Positions 50,033 to 61,800 of a stretch of DNA of 64,000 bases are shown piece after piece; position 1 is the stretch's first letter, and every line of letters starts with the position of its first letter. This stretch comes from Cyanophora paradoxa CCMP329 (taxonomy: Eukaryota > Plantae > Glaucophyta), in NCBI GenBank assembly GCA_004431415.1, contig QPMI01000591.1, positions 35,535 through 99,534 on the forward strand, read 5' to 3'. The notes under the pieces were generated by a model. It worked only from the letters and a program-made list of their open reading frames with translations. It did no database searches and had not been told where the DNA came from. Made by a program: the position numbers and the translations under genes.

Positions 50033-51516
50033 ATGAAGGTCATTCTCTCACTATCAGGTGGAGGTGCTCGTGGCATAGTCATTGCCCGAATTCTACAGCG
50101 GATCGAGGCGATTACTGGGAAAGCAATTCCACAGCTGTTTGATTTCTTTGCAGGCACCTCAACAGGGGCAATAATAGCGGCCGGTTTGGCTATCCCATCA
50201 ACTCCAGGCTCTGTTCTCGCTTATCGATATTCTGCAGGTGATATCTTCAGTTTATATCAAACGAACCTACCTGTAATATTCGCAAATCCGAGATCACTCA
50301 CAAGCTTGCTCTCAGGAAGCCGCTATGATGGAAACCCTCTGGAGTCGGTGCTCACAGACGTTGCCCTAGACTACACAATTGCAGAATCGACCAAAGACAT
50401 ATTAATTACAGCGTTTGATACAGTTCGGATGCAGCCCGTAGTTTTCACCAAAGATGGGCCATACTCGAGCACGCTGATTCGTGATGCAGTTAGAGCATCT
50501 TCTGCAGCGCCAACATTCTTTCCACCGAAGGTTCTAGGAGACAAAAACCTTGTTGATGGGGCCATCGCCTGTTTAAATAATCCCTCAGTTGCAGCGCTAA
50601 GCCACGCCAGCAAAATTTATGATGCAGAGGATCCAATTGTTCTTGTGAGCATCAGCTGTGGTGAGGTCCAAGCCAGTGAGCAACTGACTGCAGGCTTTTC
50701 GAATGCGGAGACGTCAGGCTGGGGCGCCCTGGGCTGGATCTTATCCCTCTCAGGCAGCCCAATTATTTCTATGCTAATGGCTGGGAGCGAGCTGGAATCG
50801 CACTTTCAAATGCAGGAGCTGCTTCCAGTTGATGCAGATAGAAATTTAACTAGATACTGGCGTTTAAGTGTTCCGCTGCCAGCTGCAGTTATGAGCAAGC
50901 TTGATGATGCCTCCCCTTCGAATATTTCTTATTTGATTTCCACGACTGATTTATGGCTGAAACAAACCGAAATAAATGCTAAAATAAATGCACTCTGCAG
51001 CTTTCTACTGGCGAACTACGACCTACTGAACGATGAGAGACTTATCATATCGTCTACCTTAACAGTTGAGCCGCCATTTGATGTCAACTGGTTTATAATT
51101 CCAGATGCAAACATCACAAGCAACGACTTTGAGGAATTGCACCCACCTTCTCACGTTCGACCTAACTCAACAGGGTTCCAAGGGGCACTTTACCTAATCC
51201 CTGGATCAAAGTCGAGTTTCCTAAGCCTTTTGAGCTACATCAAATAATTATGTATGGGCCAGCCTTTGCCGCCGGAGTCCTATTTAATTTCAGCATTCTG
51301 ACCAATTTAGGATATTTACGAGACGGGTCACTATTTGAAAATACGGTCCTAGCCAATGTGCTTGCTGCAAACCCATCTATGACAGGCTTCGATCTAATAC
51401 ATAGTGACTCGCACTTGATCACCCCACAGGTGTATAACTATGTGCAAATTATAACAAACGAATTTATAAATGTGAACGCGTTCCGGCTTGATTTCCGGGG
51501 ACGTTACCTAAACTAG
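50033..51516 (+). CDS. Patatin-like phospholipase with a C-terminal beta-sandwich extension (one apparent frameshift near 51210)
   Basis: LSLSGGGARG, FAGTSTGA, ASSAAPTFFPP, LVDGA. Restoring one A joins the 51250-51516 ORF (KVEFPKPFELHQIIMYG...YVQI...AFRLDFRG). Confidence 0.88.
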
Positions 51517-52416
51517 AAATTGCAGTTCACCAGACCAAGGCAGGCCATTCAGAGAGACGTCATCACCATCTCTGTCGACAATGCGCAGTCGCAGAGAGGT
51601 CAGCACCAGGCGCTCTTCGATGTGGATCCACTCGCCGTCATTTTCCTGATTTATATAAACGAACTTGCCAACATCCTGGCTCATCTGGATTCGAGCGAGC
51701 CCGTAATTACACATTGATTTAGCCCCACGGCGAAGCTTAGCTCTTCGCTCTTCGCAGACAAGGAAGAGGTACTGGTCGCTGTCCATGTCGATTATCTTTG
51801 GAAATTCGACGGCGTAACCAAGTGCTATACTCTGCATTCTTCCGGTGAAATCCACGCCGTACTCAGGGTGAGCAGGTGTCACTGGAATGCCAGCAACCTC
51901 TAGATACCGCTCAGCTGCAGTTGCTGGTCTTTGCGGCCCTTCAAGCACAATAGGAGACAGCTGGAGGGGCTCATTTCGGTTCAGCCCGAGCAGATTCGAT
52001 AAGGCTTTGAACTGGCAGGTCAGTGTGCAGGAACGGTTGCAATACGCAGACATTTTCAGCGTCTCTGGGTCTCGAAATAGTTTAAAATACGCAATTGAAA
52101 TCCCTTCTAGCTCAATATTAAATGATAGGCCAAAGTTGTAAATATCTGTTTCGCCCAGATTTGCAGTCGTAATTATGCCAGGCTCAAACACCTCCACGTT
52201 TTGCGTTCCAAGGTAGGGAAAGGTGATGGAAAGATACTCAGCTTTAATGCTGGTGTAAAGGCTGTTTGCGAACTCACACTGGGTTAGTCGAACAGCAACT
52301 GGATTGATTATCGGTTCATTGATTTCGAGCACGAAGTTTGCCTCTGAATCGATTGGCCTTCTGTCTCTGCTGTCAAAGGTAAGCCTGGCGCAGCGTCGAT
52401 GCTTGTCTTTGACCAT
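51508..52416 (-). CDS. Minor capsid (penton)-like single jelly-roll protein 1
   Basis: N-terminal LTFDSRDR...NFVLEINEPIINPVAVRL and C-terminal LTSLRLRIVDRDGDDVSLNGLPWSGELQF, typical of PLV/NCLDV pentons. Confidence 0.75.
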   Translation of the reverse strand: MVKDKHRRCARLTFDSRDRRPIDSEANFVLEINEPIINPVAVRLTQCEFANSLYTSIKAEYLSITFPYLGTQNVEVFEPGIITTANLGETDIYNFGLSFNIELEGISIAYFKLFRDPETLKMSAYCNRSCTLTCQFKALSNLLGLNRNEPLQLSPIVLEGPQRPATAAERYLEVAGIPVTPAHPEYGVDFTGRMQSIALGYAVEFPKIIDMDSDQYLFLVCEERRAKLRRGAKSMCNYGLARIQMSQDVGKFVYINQENDGEWIHIEERLVLTSLRLRIVDRDGDDVSLNGLPWSGELQFLV

Positions 52417-52443
52417 TTTTATTCTCTAACTGATATAAAAAAG

Positions 52444-53400
52444 ATGCCTACGGACTACGTCTGCATTGCAAGTCACCAAGCGGAGGAGCTGACATCCACC
52501 TCGAAATTTAAAGTAAGACTGCCTAAAGTTTATCAGGATGTGAAAGCCGTGCGCTTGGTATCAGCTGAGATCCCCAACACTATGAGCACAATCGATGTAC
52601 TCGATCCGGCAGAGGATTTAGTCTTTAACACCTATATATATTGGTGCAAATATGATCCCACTAATGAAGGACCCGACCCACCTCAGGCCGGATTTGGAGC
52701 GTGGAATAACATTGCAATTCCACCTGGAAATTACGACGTCACCTCGCTTGTGACAGAGATAAACGAAAGGTTGACGGGAACAGGTATCACGTGCACGTAT
52801 AATTCAGCGATCAAATTAATAGGGTTCACAGCTAACTTCGAGTTCTTTATTGCTCTGATGTTGCCAACGAACCAGGGTGGGCGGGAAGTCAGAAACTACC
52901 AGGCCGTTGCAAGGGCTCAGCGAACTGCAAAGCTTCTAGGGCTGAGATCAATTCTACCGATTCGGTCAAAGACATTATCTATAAATACTGAATATATAGC
53001 AGGCGCTTATGAGCCTGATGTCACTCCTGATGATCATGTGCTCCTACGAATTCCTGAAATTGGTGACCTTGTCAGTATGCCGAACACGTCAATACCTGGC
53101 TTCTTCTCGAAGCTGAGCATTCCAAGCGTCCTTCGTCCAGGCGAGATAGCATACTATGATTCAACTGAAGCACATCCTTTGTACAAGTATATTTATTCAA
53201 AGCTGGACCTCTACTCTGTGACTATTGAGATTTACGATTTTATGCAGCGAATTGCTGATTTAAATGGAGGTCCTGTCTCATTTATACTCGAAATTCGTTA
53301 TGGCCCAGATGAACCCAATGGCGATGTTGTCTACGAGCTCGCCAAGCTTCAGCTCCAGAAAAGGTCAAAGACATATCCTTGGATCAATTCGTCAAACTGA
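52444..53400 (+). CDS. Minor capsid (penton)-like protein 2
   Basis: KFKVRLPKVYQDVKAVRLVSAEIPN, IPPGNYD, LYSVTIEIYD...DLNGGPVSFILEI; immediately upstream of the MCP. Confidence 0.75.
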   Translation: MPTDYVCIASHQAEELTSTSKFKVRLPKVYQDVKAVRLVSAEIPNTMSTIDVLDPAEDLVFNTYIYWCKYDPTNEGPDPPQAGFGAWNNIAIPPGNYDVTSLVTEINERLTGTGITCTYNSAIKLIGFTANFEFFIALMLPTNQGGREVRNYQAVARAQRTAKLLGLRSILPIRSKTLSINTEYIAGAYEPDVTPDDHVLLRIPEIGDLVSMPNTSIPGFFSKLSIPSVLRPGEIAYYDSTEAHPLYKYIYSKLDLYSVTIEIYDFMQRIADLNGGPVSFILEIRYGPDEPNGDVVYELAKLQLQKRSKTYPWINSSN

Positions 53401-53530
53401 GTCGCCAGAGTCGCAGACAAGCCGAAGGCAAGGAGCCACTTGTGCTCCGCACAGCGACCGCTGCGCCAAGCTGGCTCGCCGGCGGCTAAGCGCTGAATTA
53501 TTTTCTTCCGTTTGAATTATAAACACTTCA

Positions 53531-54917
53531 ATGGATGTTACCCAGAACTTGCAACGTCTTGGTCTAAAGGAGCTGCTCACAACTCCGCAGGAAGCTAAGG
53601 ATTTCTTTATGAATAACGAGCTTATGTTAGGTCTAACCAGCCAAACAAAGCCTGTGCGTGTCGTTGTCAACCCTAGCAATGACTATGGAGACTGCTTCGG
53701 AAAGAGGGTTACTTATTTCCTACCCCGTTACAATTTCCTTCAGGGGCTTGAACTCCAGTTTACCCTGCCCGAGCTGACCGCTTTTACTGGTGACACTGAC
53801 CTGGTTCGCACTGGTTATCTGCGGTCTGTTGGTGCTCTTGTAAAGCGAATTGAAATCAAATATGCTTCCTACAGCTACATCGTCCCTGAGGACTGGCTTG
53901 TTCACAGCGCTCTGATTTTCAATGATGATGCTCAGCTCAAAAAGAAATACCGGTCAGGTGGCTGGCTACATGGAACACCACCTCAGGGGACAAATCGCAC
54001 TGGAGGTATTTTCAGTGTAAAAATCCCCTGTCCATGGAGGGTTCTGTGCTCCCAATTGGTGCTCTTTCTGGCGAGGTGTCTGTCGAGGTTTGGTTCCGTG
54101 ATCGTGCCCAGGGCTTTGTTGAGACCAGCTATGGTGGTAGGTTTGTAACGGAATATGCCATAGGCGGTGATGCGACTAAAGAAGATGGACTCGGGAGCGT
54201 GGGAGCCGCTGCTGCATCCCCTGCAAACATCGGCCAGAATATAACTCCCAATGTCCTCACTGTCACTCCTGAAAAACCCGAGCTTTCGAATCCGAAGATT
54301 ATAGCTCACTGCATCAATGTTGATGAGGCCACTTTTGCCCAGGTGATTGAGAAAGTCAAATCTTCGGGATTGCCATTCCCGCTACCGATGTCGGCTGGGT
54401 TGATGCTGATTCAATTACATATGCTGGTGCGGGAGCGCCCACCCGGATTAATCTGTCTCAAATCAGTGGACTTTGCTACGGTCTGTTCGTTAGCATTCGC
54501 AAACAGCCAAACATGAACCAAACTGACGGAAAACACAGTGTCCTCAAAACCGAGGCGAATACTCGTGATATCACTATTTCCTGCGAATTGAATGGCCAGC
54601 GGCTTTATTCAAACGAGCCTGTTCCTCTATTGCAAGGTGCTGAACTCATCGCTGATGTCTTCAAGTGCTCAAATCTCGACGCGCCTCTTAATCGATATGT
54701 TCTGACTGGTTTGCCATTTTGCATTAGTGGGGATAAATCGATCCGAAATGCTGCTCAAACTGGTTTCGTAGATCTGACGAACTCGAGCAGCTGCTTCCTG
54801 AATATCATGAACCCTGCTGCGTATGATGCTAACAACAAGATTTACGTCCAAATTCGCGCTCTCCTGCACACTGTCCTAATTGTTGATGCTGCGGGTCTTC
54901 GCAAAGTTAACCTCTAG
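53531..54917 (+). CDS. Double jelly-roll major capsid protein (~460 aa; two apparent frameshifts near 54027 and 54368)
   Basis: FGKRVTYFLPRYNFLQGLELQFTLP, LVKRIEIKY, IPLS...LPIGALSGEVSVEVWF, TGFVDLTN follow the DJR MCP pattern. The three ORFs join by adding one C and one G in homopolymer runs. It lies between penton and ATPase. Confidence 0.8.
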
Positions 54918-54978
54918 AGAATCTGCTAATCTCGGTAGTTGGGCGCAGCCGAGGCAGCTTGTCTGCCGACTATTTTTG

Positions 54979-55706
54979 ATGGATCAGTTCCAGCTAGCGA
55001 TATGAGGGTTCCATTCAAAGCCCTATTCATTTCAAAGTCTAATAGTGGGAAGTCTTTCTATTGCACAAAGCATTTGCTTCGACTGCTTTATCCAAAGATC
55101 AATCGCGTCGTAGTGTTTACGGCCACCAAATTCAATGGTGAATACTCTGCAATAACTAAAGAGCTTTACGACGATTTTCAGCCATCTATCGTTGCAGAAA
55201 TCATTGATTCACAGCGAAATTTGATTGAAAACAAAAAGAAAGCGCCGCAGATATTGCTTGTATTGGATGATCTCGTTGCTGCCTCTGAAACTGTTGATCT
55301 GCGAAATAGCAAGACCGTTAATCGACTTTTTACACAAGGTCGTCATTTTAATATCAGTACGATTCTTATGACCCAAAAGCTTACAGCATTGAGTCAATCT
55401 ATAAGATCGAACTCCGACTATTGTTTTTTCTTCAGTTACTCTAATCATACCGAGCTCGAGGCAATTTATAGAGAATTTAGTCATCTCCCGAAAGATGAGT
55501 TTATTGCTTTGTTCGAGACTTGGGCGCATGATTATCAGTGCCTAGTCCTTGATGGAACGAAGTATGATACTGCCTGGTATGTTGATAAAGCTGTTGAAGA
55601 TAAGAGTTTTCGTTTCTCTAAATGGCTAAGACAAGAAGAAGAGTCTAAAAAAGAAGAGTCTTCGCCTGTTATCTCTAAAAAGAAGCGTTTTAAAATCTTA
55701 GCATAA
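54979..55706 (+). CDS. A32/FtsK-like DNA packaging ATPase
   Basis: Walker A ISKSNSGKS, Walker B ILLVLDD, GRHFNISTILMTQ, IRSNSDY. Start at 54979 (needs one base restored) or 55002. Confidence 0.92.
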
Positions 55707-55715
55707 GAACAGAAG

Positions 55716-56347
55716 ATGCCACGTGGATTCCAAGAAAGGGTTTTCGTGAACGAAGGGTGCTCCCAGAGCCAAACGCCCCTCTCATCGAAAGTGGTGCGAC
55801 AGAGGGCGCAGCTGTTGCTGCTCCTAGCGGTGAACTAGCTAGTGACCCACGTCTTAATGCACCCGTTGCTAAAACGATCGCCTCGGCAGCAGCTAATGCC
55901 AGTGCGGTTGACGACCGACAAAGCCAGGTCAAAACTGTATCTGAAATGCAGTACGATATTGATGATGATGCTGCTAGAATTATCCAAGCCATGGCGTCTG
56001 AACCACGTTATTCAGGGCCGAAAATCAAGACAGCAACAGTGTCAAAAAGTCAGATTGACGAGTTGGCTGCCAAATTGCGTGATCTAGAAGCGAGGTCGGC
56101 TAATATCGAATCATATGTAAAAGATAAGCAAGAAAGAGCTAAGATCCGCGAGATGTTGCGAAGCGAGATGTTTAAGCACAGACCCATGGACGTGCCGGAT
56201 TTGCGGTATCTGAAAAACGAAAAAGCTAAAGCCGAGCAATCGCTTGACTCTGCCGAAGTAAAACCTGCAACTCCAAATGTTTTCGAGCCAAATGTTACTG
56301 GGTCGCAGATGAAGAATGCGATGGGTGGCCAGAGGATTCGGTTGTAA
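55716..56347 (+). CDS. Viral coiled-coil hypothetical protein
   Basis: ATG at 55716 joins the 196-aa ORF by restoring one G; heptad segment IDELAAKLRDLEARSANIESYV. Confidence 0.6.
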
Positions 56348-56864
56348 AATTCAGATGCAGAAATGGCTTATCCTCGGCGGACGTATGATGAAGGGCATAG
56401 GTGTCTCTGGCTTTAGCAGCAGCTTCAGCAGTAGTATAGTAGCCGATGTGTTTCCGATGTCCGTTTATCTGATAGTATGCTTTCCATTTACCAAGCTGCT
56501 GATTGAATGAAACACCAATGAAACCGCTGGTGTTTGTGACCCGCCGATTCTGGTTTAGAGTCTGCTGCCGCTTTGTTGCCAGTCGAAAATTTTCGCGTCT
56601 ATTATCAAGTTTGTTCAGATTTATATGATCAACAGTTAAACCATTCTCCAACTCGCCACTGATGAAATTATGCATTCTTACCTTCTTACCATTGATGATG
56701 GTTTTGGCGTATCCATTATCTAAACTCCAGCGAAATCCAAGCACACGATCAGCATCTTCCTGTGAAACAAGAGCATAAGCAATGATGACTTTGCGGCGAT
56801 TGCGAATTCCACCAAGCGGGATTGCTACAGCGCCTTCAGGAACCTCTGGAATTGTGACTTCCAT
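56295..56864 (-). CDS. HNH endonuclease with AP2 DNA-binding domain
   Basis: RMHNFI...VDHINLNKLDNRRENFR (HNH); NTSGFIGVSF...WKAY...HIGYYTTAEAAAKARD (AP2). Confidence 0.9.
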   Translation of the reverse strand: MEVTIPEVPEGAVAIPLGGIRNRRKVIIAYALVSQEDADRVLGFRWSLDNGYAKTIINGKKVRMHNFISGELENGLTVDHINLNKLDNRRENFRLATKRQQTLNQNRRVTNTSGFIGVSFNQQLGKWKAYYQINGHRKHIGYYTTAEAAAKARDTYALHHTSAEDKPFLHLNFTTESSGHPSHSSSATQ

Positions 56865-56907
56865 GTCTTTCTTTACAATCTGAGATTGCGATCTCTTTAA
56901 GCCTAGT

Positions 56908-57249
56908 TCAGAGTTCAAAAGCCCGGCCCATCCGCCTCTGATATCGATAAGTCCAGATCAAGGTCATCTGCTGGTGATAACTCCACATTTTGTGGCTGCG
57001 TAGAATTTTGGGCTGCAGCCTGAGCAATCCTAGCAGCTCTTTCTTTTTGTACAATCCCCACATAATGTCTGGTTTTGTCTCTCGGATTAGCTTAGATGCC
57101 TTGACAAACTGAGCGCGATCATAATCACTTAGCCTGGCCCATCGACACAACCAGTGAGCATATGATGGATCTCTGAAAGCAACTTCAAGGTGTGTATGCC
57201 CTTTGTATTTCCCAATTCTCAGTATTGTCAGGCGCAGCGGCGATTCCAT
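56908..57249 (-). CDS. Small protein with a GKYKG...DPxYxxW motif (DUF3820/exonuclease-X C-terminal-like)
   Basis: LRIGKYKGHTHLEVAFRDPSYAHWL. Confidence 0.6.
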   Translation of the reverse strand: MESPLRLTILRIGKYKGHTHLEVAFRDPSYAHWLCRWARLSDYDRAQFVKASKLIRETKPDIMWGLYKKKELLGLLRLQPKILRSHKMWSYHQQMTLIWTYRYQRRMGRAFEL

Positions 57250-57336
57250 GATGCTTTAAAAGATAGAAATAAATCTCGTGATTCTAGCGCGATTTATACC
57301 GCTTAAATAATTTAGATCCTTAAATGAAAGAGGGAA

Positions 57337-57615
57337 ATGGAGTCAGCGCAGCGTCGCAAACCAGGGCGCAAACCGATTGCTCTTACGCCAGAGATTATTC
57401 AAGCAAGAAGGGAGAAGAAAGCAGAGTACCACCGCAGAAAATACAGCGAGGACCCTGCATATCGCCAGAGACACATTGAGCAGAGCAGCAGATATCAGGC
57501 TTCGCACAAAGATGCTCACAACGAGGCAAACAAGCGCTATCGCACTCGGTTGATAAATCGAATCTCTGTACTTGAGAGTGCCCTAGCTTCCGCTGGAATC
57601 AGCGTCTCGGTCTAA
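57337..57615 (+). CDS. Small basic helical protein (putative DNA binding)
   Basis: 92 aa, RRKPGRKP followed by an Arg/Lys/Tyr-rich helix. Confidence 0.55.
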   Translation: MESAQRRKPGRKPIALTPEIIQARREKKAEYHRRKYSEDPAYRQRHIEQSSRYQASHKDAHNEANKRYRTRLINRISVLESALASAGISVSV

Positions 57616-58815
57616 GTGTCCTCGTGTTGCTGGGCGCAGAATAAGAGGCCTTCGCATTTTCAAAAGACGTGTACCACCGAGCTGTCGAACCTCCTGGATT
57701 TAACGCCTTGGTTCCAGCAGTAAGCAGCTGCTTTTGAACCCGGAGAAGTCTCTTATTTTTTTCGATGTCTGACTTGTCCAGATTCTCTTGCATCAAATTC
57801 AGCTCCTGCTTTCGACGGCGAAGGGCATTCTGTGCAGCACTTCCAGCCCGCCGCTGCTCTGTCTCTGCTGGCACTTTCAGCAGCTGCTGGTAGCTCACCT
57901 CCTTGTCGTATCCAGCAAGCTTGAACTTGAGCAGAGGGCCAAATCCTCCTATAGCTTCAATCTGATAGACTTCTTTTGAGTACGTCGGCTTCGTTGATTT
58001 ATCAAACGTGTTCCTCGCCAGCTTTACGCGCACAGAGTCTCCTACCTTGAACTCGGCCTCTTTCAGATAGTGCTGCTGCTCGTACGCCTCTCTCTGATAA
58101 TCGTTTCTTGCAATAACAGGTGCTGGTTCTTTGCTGCCTCATCAGGCGTAGTTTTAATAGCTCTATGCTCGGAGCTGTTATAGTTGCGCAGAAAGGATGG
58201 CAGCTTATCGATATATCGGTCGGTGTCGTACGCCTCCATGTATCTTGCAATGATCCGCTTCAGAGTACCATTAAAGCGCTCTACCTTTCCATTTGCCTGC
58301 GGACGATGCGCCTCGACAGCATTGTGCTTTATCCCCTCGGCTGCTAGCATAGTTGCAGCTGTAGCCTTGAATTCCTGATCCGTCTGAATGATATCGGGCT
58401 TCACCGGAAAGCTTGCTATGAGCTGCCGCAGTGTCGAAAGCAGGGTCCCCTCGCTTTTATTTTTCATTGGGATGCTGTACGCTTTCCGGGTTACAACATC
58501 CACAGCGTTCATGATGAAGTGCACTCCGCGGTTGCTTCTAGCATAGGGACTGACATCGATCAAATCCACTTCATAATACTTCTCTGGGTGATTATACGTG
58601 ATACTGGTGTACGGCTTCTCTTTCACCGGTTTTGCAAAGCGCTGAGCTGTGGACAGCTTCGCGAGCACTGCCTGCACCCTTGCCAGCGGCATCTTCAGCT
58701 TCTTAGCTATCCGTGCAGCTGACTGGAGCCCTGTCTCAGGATCATAGTAAGCATCAGAGATCGACAAAGTCAAGGTTGCCTTCTTGGCTGCCGCCTGTTG
58801 CTCGAACGTATTCAT
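57599..58815 (-). CDS. Retroviral-like (rve, DDE) integrase, Maverick/Polinton type (one apparent frameshift near 58090)
   Basis: YYDPETG N-terminus; EVDLID, QTDQE and GKVERFNGTLK (D-D-E); YNSSEHRAIKTTP; restored C-terminus FKVGDSVRV...FDK...YSKEVYQI. Confidence 0.92.
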
Positions 58816-61800
58816 GGGGAACCGTGCTGTAATATTCGTCAGGAATAATCTTTCGTTTCGTATACTCCGTTTTGTTGAGTATTCGGCTGAATGGAATCTG
58901 AATTATAGAGCTGAAGTCGATCCCAGCATCGCGTTGCTTTCCATTGGGCTTGAAAACACGCGCTAGTTTAGAATCTAGTGTGCACTGCGGCTGATAACGT
59001 TCCTCTAGCATCCTTGTGAAGGCCTCCAAAGCAATTCGGTTATCAAGGGATTCCTTCTTTGCCACTGGATCACTCGGGAGCCAGTTCTCCTCTATCCAGC
59101 TCTTCGGAATTCCCTTTGCCCGCACATGCAGATCTGGTTCCCCATTCGACCTCACAAAGTAGCAGCAATAAACCTTTGGGCCAATGAAGTAAGCCTCAGT
59201 AATTCTCCCTTGGATGTCATAATCTAGTTTCCCCAGCTCGCTCTCGCAGATCATTCTATTCCCTTCCTCCTCTGACATTCCCTCAACTGAATATGGCTGC
59301 TTCATGCAGTCCTTCAGAAGCTCAGCAAACCTCCTGTGCACGATCATAGAATCTGTATCTGTGTAGTATGGCATTGCCTCTACGTCCTTATATGAGTTCA
59401 TCCTCACCAAAAATCGATCCATGATTTCGCGGCTGTAGGAGAGGATAAATGCACCAACAAAGCAAGGCTTCGAAACGCAGGCATCCCGCCTATACTCAGG
59501 GATCTCAAATGTGACGTACATTCTCGTATCATTCTCTATGTCAATGTCTGTAATCGTCGATGATCGCTGTATCTCCTTGAATCGTCTGTAGTTTGAGACC
59601 AGCTCGGTTGTCTCAATTACTGGACGCTGAGCAAATTTTCCATAGAGCCCATTCAAGAGGATCTTCGCCGTAGCATACTGGGCGGTCCCCTTTCGTGAGC
59701 GTGCTTTCATGCAGTACAGCTTCTCAATGTAATCTTTGAACATTCGTTCCTTGCCCTCAAACAAGTACACCTCGTGCAGCTCTGTGATCTCAACTCCCAG
59801 TGCTATTGCCCGGTAGATATCGACTGAGGTGTACATTTCTTTCTCAATAGGCTTCAAGTTAGACCATCCCAGATTGGCTTCGTGGCGGGAAGGGAGAGAG
59901 CACAAGATCCTGAGGAATTTTAGCGCTAATCTTTGCAACAAACAGCTGTTCCATTTTCCTGCTCAGCATAAACTTGCGGAATCGCTCTAGCTCCGCTTGA
60001 TCGGTGATGCATTTGAATTTACCAGTGGGAAAGTAATTAAAGTACATAGCCGTCGGATAGAGAGAGACCACATCCAGATCTACCAAGTAATCATCTGGAC
60101 CCTTCGAGACAAACTTCCGCTTGAATGGTAGGCATCGCCCTCCGTAAATCGCTTTGCGAAAAATCTGGTCCTCCTTGTATTTCGGTAGCAGCACTTCCGT
60201 TTTCATCAGCTGCCTGTGGATCTGAAAAGCCATCGCCGATGCTGTCAAGGTGCGCTTCGAATTCACATTGATCCCAAATAGATCAAAACATGTCCGAGCG
60301 TACTTAATATACAGCTCAGTCATCGACCGAACGTCAGCTCTCAAATATTCGCTCCAGGCTTCCTTGTGAATCTCAACGTCATCCCACGCTCTTATCTTTC
60401 GGTGGTCAAAATCCCCTTTCAAGGTGGTGCACCCGTAGTCCTTCCCAGCCTGCCGCAGTGAGCCCTGTATGTGCAAACAGGGGTCAAAGCTTTTAAACTC
60501 TCCCCCAGCCAGCGTCTTCCACTCCATGCTCTTGATCTTTCCGGATGAGCGCATCACCTTGACCTGGCAGTCTGGGCGGTTCTGGACAAGCCACTTATAG
60601 ATAAATATCAAGTCGAAGCCGCTGCCATTGAAGAATACTAGAGTCGACTTTTCTTTCCAGTCGTCAAGCCAGAGCATAAACTGTTCCAGAGTTTCGGGCC
60701 GCAGAACGATTTCGTTCCGTGATCTCTCCTTTGCTAATTATGTCCATATCGACTGCGTACGGAACGTGGGTCGTGCGGTTGGTGCAAACGTTTCAAAGTC
60801 TGCCGCTATGACTGAGTTTAGGGCTGTAAACTCTTCCTCGGGCTCGCATGGCTTGATTTTGCGTTCAATAACGCTCTTGTTCCTCACTGCTTCATCGCAT
60901 TTGCTTGCATGGTCCTCCTTCGGATTGTAGGCGCAGCGGCAGGTATAGCAGAAGCGGCAGGTTTCCTTGTGAGTCGCCAAATCATACTGCATCTTTCCGC
61001 AGGCTCTGCACTTCTGCATCTCGCACGTTCTCTTATCTTTAATTAGAAAGCAGTGCGCATCGACCACGCAAAGGTGGGCTCGGCGTTCAAAGCCAAATTC
61101 AGTTGAAAATAGGAGCTTGAACTTCGACGCGCTGCGGTCCGAGACCCACTCGAAAATGCTTGCATCGATTCTATAGTGCTGGCTCAGCTTGCGTATGGTA
61201 GGTTCATCGACTACAATTAGGCCCGTGGAAGCCCCAGCTGAGTGCGAATTGAACTGTAATCAACATGCTGAAGCTTCTTATATACTCTCTCAAGGTTCAG
61301 GCGACCGGGATTGAGCTTCTCATGCTCAAAGCATTCAAGCACGCAGTTGTCCTCTGGAGAATCGGACAGTAGATCTTGTTCATCGTTAGAGCCTTCCCTC
61401 CAAAGGGCAGCTTAGGTACATTCCCAGAGCCCCTGCTGCGTTTTCTGCGATAAGCACCTCGATCTGCACGACTGCCAGACATCAGTGTCCTCGTAGGCTG
61501 CTGCGCTAGCATCCAACTCTCCATCTTCTCCGCGAGATTTGCTAGAAGTGACTGCATCGTGCCTCCTCTATGGTCGCAAGCTGCGTGCGGTACATGTGGA
61601 AATTCTCAAAATGAAAGCGAATTAAAACAGCAGCTCCAATCCTCTCTGGGATTCGCAGCTCATTCAGAAACGCTATCGTCAATTCTTTCACTCTCTCTGG
61701 ATCAGCTGTCGCTCTATCTCTATAATGTCCTTCGTGAAAAGCAGCCCTGGATACTCGTGGTGAGTATAGGTGCGAACTACGTTAACGTTGGCCGATGCCT

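Noticed and set aside
53531-54917. Programmed ribosomal frameshifting in the MCP and other viral genes
   Set aside because: Too many sites, no shared slippery heptamer, and essential domains are split; homopolymer sequencing error is more parsimonious.
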